Origin: a virus
Reading direction: 5' to 3' (one strand)
DNA: 64,000 nt
IMG/VR virus record: IMGVR_UViG_3300036766_000678
Coordinates: 96,001 to 160,000 of that record
The notes beneath the pieces were generated by a model, which did no database searches, was not told the origin of the DNA, and saw only the letters and a program-made list of their open reading frames with translations. Below, piece by piece: positions 9,287-17,504 of the stretch. Position 1 is the first letter of the stretch, and each line of letters begins with the position of its first letter. Position numbers and translations under genes: made by a program.

Positions 9287-9793
9287 TTAAGCAATTCGAT
9301 CTAATGTAATAGTATCTTCATAGAAATCATTTGGAACAACTAATTTCTTATGCCAATTATTAACTGGAATTTCTAACCCCGCATCTTGAAAGGCATGAGA
9401 TATAAAAGTGCTACATATCTCAGAATGTTTAGAATCTAAAAATCCCGTCAAAAAAAGAGGAATGTCATACCATTCGTCAAGATGATTGTGCAACCACATA
9501 ATTACTTGTTCTATTTGTTCATCTGTAATTTTTCTTACCCTATATAATTCAATACCATATTCTTTATTTAATTTATTTAAATCTATTTTAGAAACTCTAG
9601 TTTTTGGCCATCTTGCTTCTAACATTAAATCAGTATCTTGATCAACCAGAGCAACATGGCAATACCCAAATCCTTTTGGTACACCACCAAATAATCTTTG
9701 CGCCCAACCAATAAATTTTGAAGACCAAGAAGAACTAAGAATCACACGGAATAACAATATATCCCCTGGCTTTATTAAATCTTTACTAAACAT
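9287..9793 (-). CDS. permuted papain-like (NlpC/P60, YiiX/YebB-type) amidase
   Basis: PGDILLF, HVAL (His) preceding ICS.FI..AF (Cys): permuted order. Confidence 0.8.
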   Translation of the reverse strand: MFSKDLIKPGDILLFRVILSSSWSSKFIGWAQRLFGGVPKGFGYCHVALVDQDTDLMLEARWPKTRVSKIDLNKLNKEYGIELYRVRKITDEQIEQVIMWLHNHLDEWYDIPLFLTGFLDSKHSEICSTFISHAFQDAGLEIPVNNWHKKLVVPNDFYEDTITLDRIA

Positions 9794-10464
9794 TATTTAT
9801 ACCCAAGAAGATTAACTAACAAGGTAGCATTACTTGACCCCGCATTAACATAAGTAGTTCGAATATAAACATCTAATCCATTATAAGTAGGAGAAACTGT
9901 TTTAACTGTGGGAACTTCAAACATCTTAGTTCCTTCCCCCATAATACGATATTTATTAGAAAATTGAGCTAAAGGAACAAATGTGGATTCATCAGAAATA
10001 TCACCCGTATACAAACCAACCTCAAATAGTATACTGTCACCAATATTTGAACCAGACCAATGAACATCCACGCCATTTAATTTAAAAGGAGCTGGAAAAT
10101 GTGTTTTTACATATCCTGTTTGACCTGCTGGGATAGATAAAACTCCATTTTCTCCATCTACCCAATAACTAGCAATATCTGTAAATAAAGCATTTGCTAC
10201 TTTGGGGAGGCCATCTGTACTTCTATATTCTAAAGGTTGATTACAAGAAGCTTTGTAATTTGTCTCAAAATCTACAGCATCATCACTATTTTTTAATAAA
10301 GAGATATTCCATAAAAATGTTTGTGCTTCTGGAGCAAATATCTCATAAGTATCTACCTTTTCCATATATTGCATTAAAAGTGCTTTTGTACTTACTAATA
10401 TTTTAAAATCCACCCATGAATTAATCAACATTGTCTGCATATTAATTCTCTGTCCAACCGACAC
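9793..10464 (-). CDS. hypothetical protein, possibly structural (true start may be a few codons downstream)
   Basis: 223-aa ORF, beta-rich C-terminus. Confidence 0.5.
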   Translation of the reverse strand: MSVGQRINMQTMLINSWVDFKILVSTKALLMQYMEKVDTYEIFAPEAQTFLWNISLLKNSDDAVDFETNYKASCNQPLEYRSTDGLPKVANALFTDIASYWVDGENGVLSIPAGQTGYVKTHFPAPFKLNGVDVHWSGSNIGDSILFEVGLYTGDISDESTFVPLAQFSNKYRIMGEGTKMFEVPTVKTVSPTYNGLDVYIRTTYVNAGSSNATLLVNLLGYK

Positions 10465-12352
10465 TCAGAATTACTGCCCTATTGTTTGAAAAGGGATTAC
10501 CTGCAATGAGCATAGTTTGACCTGGAGATACAGCTATTTGTTCAATAATAACCATGTTTGAAGAATTAGAATTTTGTCCTACTTGGTCTATTACAACCAA
10601 AGTACCACTGGACGAAACTGTGGAACTTTTAAAAATATTCGCAACTGAAATATTACTACTTCCAAAATTAGCATTAGCGGGAGTAAAAGGTGTTCCATCA
10701 GTTGTAATTGTTGGATTTTTAAACATAAGAAAAGTTACTTGTACATTAGTTACCTTGCAATTTCCAGTTACAGAAAAAACGTTCATAGTCTTTCCACTAC
10801 CTATTGGATTTTTAAATAAGAATATGGGATTATTAGAACCAGCAGTAGCTAAATTATAATTATCAATTGCAGCATAAAAAACTTTTCCAGAAGCTAAATC
10901 GGTTGATCCTGTAACAGAAACACTTAAAGTTGGTTGATCAATTGCTAATGTAACAGGAATAGAACTAGCCATTACCTTCTGTCCTAATGTAGTAGATGTA
11001 CCACCATACTTATCTATATTAATTCCTACATCAGATTGATCAGAAGCTATAACAACTGGCATCGAAGATGCCATTGTTTTCTGACCAAGTGTTACATCAG
11101 TTCCACCAAATCCACCAATATCAGAACGCAATCTTCCAGCAAGGGTTAATGTTAAAGGACTTGTTTGCCCATTTATATATGTTGGTGGACTTGTTGTTGC
11201 AGCAGCTTGAATAAGGATTCCCTTTTCACCAGATGTTGTTGATCCTTGAGAAACTTCTAAAGCTGCTACTGTAGTATCCAAAGCTAAAGCTGAAGTATTT
11301 AAATTAGTTCCTGCATTTGCTGTTACTGTACCAGATATAACCCAGGGACTTGTGCTCTGTGTAACAGCTACAGTCCCAGTAATAGTTGTAGAAGAAAGAG
11401 AAACAACCCAAGGTGAAGTTGATTGAGTTATAGCTATAGTTGCAGGAAAATTATTAACATCAACTTGTAAATCTCCAGTTGCATCAACTGTAGCTATATT
11501 TACACCCGCCGAATCTACAATTTCTATTGGCCATTTGTTAGACGCTGTATTAGGTGTACCCTGATTAGCTGTAACAATTCCACTTACTGGTTGCGTTACC
11601 TGACTACCATCTACAATTAATCTTCCTGCTGTAGTAAGAGTTAAATCAGAAAATTGAGTTGCTGTTAAAGAAGGGGAACTTGAAACAACTCTTGCTGCAA
11701 CAGCAGTACCTTTTGTTGTTCCTGGAGTATAAGTATCTCCAGAAGAATCTAAAGTATGTTGCTCCCCAGAAGAAACTCCACCAGTAATATTTACATTAAG
11801 TGATCCACTTGTGGATGTTAAACTATTACCAGATGTATCTTCTATTTTAGCAATTACAATTCCAGATACTGGTTGTGTTACTTGTGACCCATCAACAACA
11901 AGACGATTAGATGTTGAATCTATTCTTTCCCAAGTTACTCCATTAAATCCATATAAAAGAGCAGAATTTAAACCTACTGTTTGTCCAGCCGTAATTGACC
12001 CATTATCAAGAACTGTAGGAGTGGAAGATCCTGCTACATTTATACTCCCATCTGGGTTAACAATTAATTGATTTCCGCCATCAAATATAGCAGAACGAAG
12101 AGCATATCCATCAGGACCAAAATTAACTATTGCTAATGGATGGGAAGAACTATCTACAGGATCAACACCCTCTATAGTAACAGTTCCAACAGAAATAGTT
12201 CCCGAAATAGAAAGAGCACCCTGTGCATCTGCTCTGACGGGAATAAAACGATTATCGGGGGTAACAGAATATAATACAGAAATTGGTATTGAGCTGTTAA
12301 GCTGATCAGCGTCAAGCGGGGTATTATATTCGGGAGGTATTACATTTCCCAT
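10442..12352 (-). CDS. tail fibre/spike-like repeat protein
   Basis: Internal repeats VDGSQVTQPVSGIV x2, TQSTSPWV x2, TLGQK.MASS.PV x2; start MGNVIPP at 12352. Confidence 0.55.
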   Translation of the reverse strand: MGNVIPPEYNTPLDADQLNSSIPISVLYSVTPDNRFIPVRADAQGALSISGTISVGTVTIEGVDPVDSSSHPLAIVNFGPDGYALRSAIFDGGNQLIVNPDGSINVAGSSTPTVLDNGSITAGQTVGLNSALLYGFNGVTWERIDSTSNRLVVDGSQVTQPVSGIVIAKIEDTSGNSLTSTSGSLNVNITGGVSSGEQHTLDSSGDTYTPGTTKGTAVAARVVSSSPSLTATQFSDLTLTTAGRLIVDGSQVTQPVSGIVTANQGTPNTASNKWPIEIVDSAGVNIATVDATGDLQVDVNNFPATIAITQSTSPWVVSLSSTTITGTVAVTQSTSPWVISGTVTANAGTNLNTSALALDTTVAALEVSQGSTTSGEKGILIQAAATTSPPTYINGQTSPLTLTLAGRLRSDIGGFGGTDVTLGQKTMASSMPVVIASDQSDVGINIDKYGGTSTTLGQKVMASSIPVTLAIDQPTLSVSVTGSTDLASGKVFYAAIDNYNLATAGSNNPIFLFKNPIGSGKTMNVFSVTGNCKVTNVQVTFLMFKNPTITTDGTPFTPANANFGSSNISVANIFKSSTVSSSGTLVVIDQVGQNSNSSNMVIIEQIAVSPGQTMLIAGNPFSNNRAVILSVGWTEN

Positions 12353-12353
12353 C

Positions 12354-13097
12354 TTAGTTTCCCCCAAACTTCAATTTCAATGTTTTTTTAATACTATCAG
12401 ATTGTTTTTGTAATCGAGGATCTGTCTCTTTTGTTAAACCAGTATTCCAAGATTTAATAGCATCTGGTAGCCCTTTATTCCAAGGCACTTGATTATACTT
12501 TTTTCCTTTATTTGGAGAAGGTTTACCTAATCTTACTTCAATCATATGTGCTCTATAAATAGGATCTTTCCATCTTTCAATAGCAGCTTTTTTTAAAATA
12601 TCTTTATGTTCTTGAGATAGGGTATGACCTGTTGAGCTAGATTTACCTAAATGTGCCAGACGATTTTTCTCTTTGGCTTCTTCTGTATGGTGTTTCCCAA
12701 AAAATGGGTTTCCCGCCCCTAAAAATTGAATTTTTTTCTTCACACTCATCTTTTCACGAGATTCTTTAGAACGTTTAAGGCCCAAACTTGTACCAGCTTT
12801 TGGTGCTATATTATAGCCAATTTCTGGATTAACACTATTATAATAGTCCATCCAATATTGCTCTCTTATTTCTAGCAATTCTTTTGTTGGATTTTCAATT
12901 CTTTCTATTACAGAAAATTCAAATGCTTCTTCACCATATTTGTTCCAGGCAGCTTGCAAATGAGGATTATGATGCAGATCTTTTCTCAATAAACGTTTAT
13001 GTTCACACCATCTTTTAGAGAAATCAATAGCAGATCCAATATATGGTTTACCATTTACTTTATTTAGAATTTTATAAATTCCACTTTTAGTAACCAT
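12354..13097 (-). CDS. GIY-YIG homing endonuclease with NUMOD3-like motifs
   Basis: SGIYKI.N..NGKPYIGSA...R..EH; NPFFGKHHTEEAKEK. Confidence 0.92.
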   Translation of the reverse strand: MVTKSGIYKILNKVNGKPYIGSAIDFSKRWCEHKRLLRKDLHHNPHLQAAWNKYGEEAFEFSVIERIENPTKELLEIREQYWMDYYNSVNPEIGYNIAPKAGTSLGLKRSKESREKMSVKKKIQFLGAGNPFFGKHHTEEAKEKNRLAHLGKSSSTGHTLSQEHKDILKKAAIERWKDPIYRAHMIEVRLGKPSPNKGKKYNQVPWNKGLPDAIKSWNTGLTKETDPRLQKQSDSIKKTLKLKFGGN

Positions 13098-13098
13098 A

Positions 13099-13653
13099 CT
13101 ATTTCACCTGTAAATTTGAAAGACGTAACGTGAGGTTGTTCTTAAACTGACTTGAGGGTGTTTTACTTGAGATTTCTTTTAGTAGATCTATATTCCCGTT
13201 CTCCTTGATGAAACGCAACTTTAAGAAATGTGACAATTTGCAGAAATCTTCGTAAGAAAATACTTTTGTCAAATCTGTAATAGGTTCACTTTGGGATACA
13301 GAAACTTGATTCACTATCTTTACTTCAGGTAAAATTTGTTGTGGAGGAACTTCTGTTTGTGTTGGTAAAATTTGTGTATTTTGTTCAATAGATTCTACAT
13401 GTAAAACGAGTTTTTCTTCTGGAATTTCTTCTATCCATTTTCCATTAAGATAGCCCTTAAGACTTCCTACTTTAAAACTCTTTCTTACGTCCTCATCATC
13501 CAAGACATCAAAAGGTATTTCCTGACCCTCTTTGACCTCTAATGGTTGGGAAAAGCCATTTGAATAGGTAACATTCAAATCTAAAAATTTCAAAGTAGTA
13601 CTACACTCTTTAGCATTTTTAATACAGACACGATATCTTTTTTGCTTTTCCAT
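13099..13653 (-). CDS. hypothetical protein
   Basis: 184-aa ORF coupled to both neighbours. Confidence 0.55.
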   Translation of the reverse strand: MEKQKRYRVCIKNAKECSTTLKFLDLNVTYSNGFSQPLEVKEGQEIPFDVLDDEDVRKSFKVGSLKGYLNGKWIEEIPEEKLVLHVESIEQNTQILPTQTEVPPQQILPEVKIVNQVSVSQSEPITDLTKVFSYEDFCKLSHFLKLRFIKENGNIDLLKEISSKTPSSQFKNNLTLRLSNLQVK

Positions 13654-14465
13654 TATCTTTTTCGTCCTCTTTTCTTTGGCTTTTTATCTTTTAGTCCTGC
13701 TTGTTCTAACAATTTACCATACCACTCAGAAGCTTCTAATAAATCTATATTATTATTTTTAACCCTATTAGCATGTGGAGTCAAATATTGTAGATTCCAA
13801 ATAACATGTAACCCAGATACAAAATCACCTTGCAAAGGAATATAATGATCTATTTCCATACCATTGGGTTTATTGGTATAGAATGTTTTAATTCCTCTTT
13901 GACCAAATTTAGGAATTCTAGATTTTCTTTTTATTTCTTGTTTTGTATTTGATAATCTATGTACTTCTGGATGAGCATCCCTATATTCTTTTGATTTAAT
14001 ATAAATTTCATCTTTGTGATCTTGGAAATATTTTCTATGATACTCTAAGATTTCCTCAAGATGAGTTAGATAATATTCTTTAGCTTTTGCTAAATTATCT
14101 AGATAATATTGACTATGATATTCTCTTCTTCTAATTTTAATTTCTTGCTTATTAATTTGAAAATAAATTTTTGCATATTCTTTAAGTTCTTCTAAATGTT
14201 CCTGCCTATATTTTTCATTATATGATCTTTTTTCTTCTTTATGTTCAAGTCTATATTTTATTTTACATAAATGGCATTCGCTCCATTCATCTCTACCACA
14301 TATAAAAGTATCATGCCCTCTTGAACAAAATTGCTGTTTAGGACGACCAATAGACCCTGGATGCCTTTCATCTATACATTGGTTGCATTGACTATTTTTA
14401 GTTTTACCACATATAAATGTGTCGTGGCCATAAATACAAAATTGCTTTTTCCATCCTTTAGCCAT
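13653..14465 (-). CDS. HNH endonuclease with FCxxGHD repeats
   Basis: FCIYGHD, FCSRGHD; EIDHYIPLQGDFVSGLHVIWNLQYLT. Confidence 0.8.
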   Translation of the reverse strand: MAKGWKKQFCIYGHDTFICGKTKNSQCNQCIDERHPGSIGRPKQQFCSRGHDTFICGRDEWSECHLCKIKYRLEHKEEKRSYNEKYRQEHLEELKEYAKIYFQINKQEIKIRRREYHSQYYLDNLAKAKEYYLTHLEEILEYHRKYFQDHKDEIYIKSKEYRDAHPEVHRLSNTKQEIKRKSRIPKFGQRGIKTFYTNKPNGMEIDHYIPLQGDFVSGLHVIWNLQYLTPHANRVKNNNIDLLEASEWYGKLLEQAGLKDKKPKKRGRKR

Positions 14466-14473
14466 AAAATTAA

Positions 14474-14525
14474 CTCCTTAGAAGTGGCACTCCACAGGCG
14501 GGAGCTTCTAAGTTCTCCCACCTGT
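14474..14525 (-). promoter_or_regulatory. predicted RNA hairpin/pseudoknot overlapping the RBS of the HNH gene
   Basis: 11-bp stem ACAGGTGGGAG/CTCCCGCCTGT; loop CTTAGAAG is complementary to CTTCTAAG, which runs into the AAGGAG SD. Confidence 0.5.
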
Positions 14526-14592
14526 TTCATACCGAATTATTTTTAACTACTTAATCCCCTGCCATTACCATTTTAAAAACTATTCTTTTAAC

Positions 14593-15360
14593 TTATGGAA
14601 TCATTGTTAACGTAACGTGCTTTGTTCCACCTGCATTAGTAAACACAATCGTATCACCTGAAACAGTAACTTTTGTACCATTAGAGAAACGAACTTCTCC
14701 ATCAAGAAAAGCTACAGCAGGATATCCATCATGTGTTGCACCACTTAAATCCAAACCCCAATGGAAACCCGATCCGGGAGTTGAATTGTTGTTCATTACT
14801 TTAAATGCAGCATTAGCAGTTGTTAATGCGGAATCGCCATCAATGTAAGCAACTACTGCACCATCTGCTTCTGTTACACCATCAGTAATTTGAGCAAGAA
14901 CTGCACCAGCAGGATACGTAGTAGAAAGTGTTCCTGTAATACTATAAGCCCCAATAACCCCACCAAGATATGGTTTTGTTTTGGTAAGACTGCCTCCAAA
15001 CAAATTCCACATCGAAGCTGCTAGGTATTTTGGGTCAGTGCTACTACCAGCACCAGCAGACAATGTAAGATCTGCGGAAGCGGCCTGATAGGAATGCGCT
15101 CCAGAATAATCTTGTGAGTTTGAAACAGTTCCAATAAGTGAACTACTATCTACAGTGTCTTGTGTTGAAAATTTACCAGAAGCAACCAAGTCAGCTAATT
15201 CTGCTTGCATAGAGGTAAATTCATCAGCAGTTAACAATGGAAGAAGGTCAACTGTAGCTCCAGAAACAACGGTTATTAGATTTGTTGGATCAAATCCAGG
15301 AACGCGAAGCGTCACATTTACAGTGCCTTCATTTTTAATAGAACGAATAAGTGTTGACAT
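14593..15360 (-). CDS. putative virion structural protein
   Basis: AAGGAG SD before MSTLIRS at 15360; G/A/T-rich. Confidence 0.5.
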   Translation of the reverse strand: MSTLIRSIKNEGTVNVTLRVPGFDPTNLITVVSGATVDLLPLLTADEFTSMQAELADLVASGKFSTQDTVDSSSLIGTVSNSQDYSGAHSYQAASADLTLSAGAGSSTDPKYLAASMWNLFGGSLTKTKPYLGGVIGAYSITGTLSTTYPAGAVLAQITDGVTEADGAVVAYIDGDSALTTANAAFKVMNNNSTPGSGFHWGLDLSGATHDGYPAVAFLDGEVRFSNGTKVTVSGDTIVFTNAGGTKHVTLTMIP

Positions 15361-15535
15361 TTTTTGTATCTCCTTGAATTTTAATATTTTTGAACTCTTA
15401 TCTAAGGACAACTCGGTTTATTATTCTAATCGAGGCGTTTAGGTGAGAAATCTGTGCAACGCCTATACAGGCTATCTTGCACATACATATTTACTGCATA
15501 GGTCTTACTTGCTAATGTTAGAACATCCTAACAAA

Positions 15536-15610
15536 TGGTTGCACCCCTACGAATCGCACGTAGCCCTCTAGCTTATGAGACTAGAATGATCACTTGATCA
15601 CTTGGGAGCG
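15536..15610 (-). tRNA. atypical tRNA with CAT anticodon (Met-like)
   Basis: Cloverleaf with CTAGT-CTCATAA-GCTAG anticodon arm and encoded CCA; C1:A72 and T:T mismatches in the acceptor stem; T-loop TGCGATT. Confidence 0.6.
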
Positions 15611-15614
15611 AAAT

Positions 15615-15780
15615 TGTTCTCAACCTAACCCTATTAAATCCTTATAGATTTAAGGCTGTTCCAAAAGATACAGAATTTAGGACGGTCGAGATTAAATTGT
15701 GCCTACAGGGGATGACCCTATAGGGCTTTATCAAGAGCTTTATAGGCTCTGAGCCCAATGCCGAAGCATTGGGGGAATAA
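15615..15780 (-). ncRNA. candidate structured RNA between tRNAs
   Basis: CCCAATGC-TTCG-GCATTGGG, CCTATAGGG/CCCTGTAGG and TTAAATC/GATTTAA hairpins in an ORF-free gap. Confidence 0.35.
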
Positions 15781-15787
15781 ATTTATT

Positions 15788-15862
15788 TGGCTGCGAGGAC
15801 AAGATTCGAACTTGTAACCTTCTGTTTAACAGACAGACACTCTACCATTGAGTTACCTCGCA
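15788..15862 (-). tRNA. trnN: tRNA-Asn(GTT)
   Basis: TGCGAGG/CCTCGCA acceptor, TCTGT-CTGTTAA-ACAGA anticodon arm, TTCGAAT T-loop, encoded CCA. Confidence 0.95.
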
Positions 15863-15872
15863 GCTAAAGAAA

Positions 15873-16244
15873 CTATCGTCTACCTGTACGTTTTCTCCAT
15901 GCAGCATTTTTAGCTACCACATCATCGGTGCAAATTCTACAACGACACCCACGATTATAACCACTCGCATTATGTTTTCCATACCCCATATCTTTAAATG
16001 TTTTTAATTTATGGCAAGGATTACATAATACCTGACACTTAGCCAATTCAATTTCTCTTCTTTCTTTAGACCAAGACCAAACTTTATGACTAATTTTTAA
16101 TTTGGGATCTATATGATCTATATTTAAATCGTCCCAAGAACCACATTTAGTACACGGACCATTAGCCAAAAGCCACTCAATACGTCTTTTAGCTATCCAA
16201 ACTCGATTAAATTCTCTTTGTTGATTAGGATCTTTATAAGGCAT
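15873..16244 (-). CDS. HNH endonuclease (123 aa)
   Basis: CTKCGS..DLNIDHIDP...CQVLCNPCHKLKT; real start MPYKD at 16244 (the ORF-track extension reads through tRNAs). Confidence 0.85.
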   Translation of the reverse strand: MPYKDPNQQREFNRVWIAKRRIEWLLANGPCTKCGSWDDLNIDHIDPKLKISHKVWSWSKERREIELAKCQVLCNPCHKLKTFKDMGYGKHNASGYNRGCRCRICTDDVVAKNAAWRKRTGRR

Positions 16245-16250
16245 ATATTT

Positions 16251-16279
16251 ATTATAACATATTAAATATAAAATTACAA
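16251..16279 (-). promoter_or_regulatory. sigma70-like promoter whose -35 lies in the truncated tRNA
   Basis: TTGTAA-17 bp-TATAAT with TG extension; ATG 6 nt after the -10. Confidence 0.6.
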
Positions 16280-16324
16280 CCCTTCGGTTAACAGCCGAGA
16301 GCACTGCCATTGTGCTACTCTTGA
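16275..16324 (-). pseudogene. 5' fragment of a second tRNA-Asn(GTT)
   Basis: TCAAGAG-TA-GCAC-AATGGCA-GTGC-T-CTCGG-CTGTTAA-CCGAA-GGGTT-GTA, then AT-rich sequence; no T-loop or 3' acceptor strand. Confidence 0.7.
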
Positions 16325-16345
16325 ACGAAATAAACTTAATTTGTT

Positions 16346-16421
16346 TGGTGGACCAGACAGGTTCTGCCCCTGCTGCCTCGACATTGCAGGTGTCGCGCTC
16401 TCCTAATTGAGCTACTAGCCC
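16346..16421 (-). tRNA. atypical tRNA-Ala(TGC)
   Basis: GGGCTAG/CTGGTCC acceptor, CGACA-CCTGCAA-TGTCG arm, encoded CCA; T-loop GGCAGAA and C at position 33 are non-canonical. Confidence 0.7.
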
Positions 16422-16422
16422 A

Positions 16423-16635
16423 CTAAACAAACTTAGTTATTTTATAAAGATATTCTAGGTATTCTAAATTACCCATATTTCTTGGGCATTTACAAATTAT
16501 CCAATCCACAGTTTCTAATTTATAACAAATTCTTTCCCCATTTTTACACAAATAATGATCATAATGACCACAACCAGTACATTTAACATGGCGAATTAAA
16601 GAATTATCAATTTTCAAATCAGATGGAAAATCCAT
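16423..16635 (-). CDS. small Cys/His protein, NLEYLE family
   Basis: CTGCGH...CKCPRNMGNLEYLEYLY. Confidence 0.75.
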   Translation of the reverse strand: MDFPSDLKIDNSLIRHVKCTGCGHYDHYLCKNGERICYKLETVDWIICKCPRNMGNLEYLEYLYKITKFV

Positions 16636-16659
16636 ATATTTATTGTATCAGATCTTTAT

Positions 16660-17388
16660 CTATTTGTCAAGGGCTTTCTCTAATTCCCTTCTAACTGCTT
16701 GAGCTTTACACATTTTAATAAGAGTTTCTGGTTTGTGTTTTAGACCAAAATTGCTTTCAGCTACTTTGCGAATATTATACCCATTCCAATCTTCATAGGT
16801 TTTAAATTCATCAATATAATATTGCTCTCTTTCTAAAAGCTTAGAATGCTCTAAAACTTCTTCTAAAATAACACATTCGAAAGCTTTTTCTCCATACTTA
16901 TTCCAAGACTTTTGTAAATAGTCATTATCATGATCATTTAAATATAAATCATGCTTATGTTCTGACCAACGTTTCTCTACATTAATAGCAGAACCAATAT
17001 AAGCTTTCTTACTGATTTTATGAATAATGGCATAAATACCTGATATAGCTTTTCCAATTAAAGAAATTGCTACTTTAGAAATATCTTTATCTGGGGAATT
17101 ATATTTAACTACCCCAACGACAGCAGAACCATTTCTAAGTTTTTCGGGAACATTTAAGCGATTAATTGTTTGATAAGTAAGCCAACATTCTTTACTGCAA
17201 TATTCACTTTTAGAACTTGCAATTTTACCAAACTGTTTACCACAAAATAAACAAATTATATTTTTATGGCCTTTACAATCAGGAACATTCCCAATAGATT
17301 TATTATGACAAATTTCATCACAAAATTTCTCTAAGAAGAAACTATTTTTTGGAGCTTTTACGCAATATTTACATCTTAAATATTTCAT
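16660..17388 (-). CDS. GIY-YIG endonuclease with N-terminal Cys repeats
   Basis: SGIYAIIHK..KKAYIGSA.NVEKRWSEH; N-terminal C..C..FCDEIC and C..C..YCSKEC. Confidence 0.88.
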   Translation of the reverse strand: MKYLRCKYCVKAPKNSFFLEKFCDEICHNKSIGNVPDCKGHKNIICLFCGKQFGKIASSKSEYCSKECWLTYQTINRLNVPEKLRNGSAVVGVVKYNSPDKDISKVAISLIGKAISGIYAIIHKISKKAYIGSAINVEKRWSEHKHDLYLNDHDNDYLQKSWNKYGEKAFECVILEEVLEHSKLLEREQYYIDEFKTYEDWNGYNIRKVAESNFGLKHKPETLIKMCKAQAVRRELEKALDK

Positions 17389-17394
17389 ATATTA

Positions 17395-17423
17395 AGTATA
17401 TCACAAATTAGTCTACATTTCAA
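17395..17423 (-). promoter_or_regulatory. sigma70-like promoter
   Basis: TTGAAA-17 bp-TATACT; ATG 6 nt downstream. Confidence 0.65.
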
Positions 17424-17432
17424 GCCTTTTTA

Positions 17433-17494
17433 TTGATATACTAGGAGGGATTAGCAATAATCCCTCCTATATATCAACATCTTTTAAAGATGTT
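17433..17494 (-). terminator. tandem hairpins after the capsid gene (terminator or stabiliser)
   Basis: 20-bp inverted repeat 17433-17453/17458-17477 with one bulge, plus AACATCT/AGATGTT; no clear U-tract. Confidence 0.55.
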
Positions 17495-17504
17495 TTTCAA
17501 TAGC

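Noticed and set aside
16245-16430. N-terminal 62 codons of the track ORF 15873-16430
   Set aside because: They read through tRNA-Ala, the tRNA-Asn fragment and a promoter; the HNH start at 16244 fits better.
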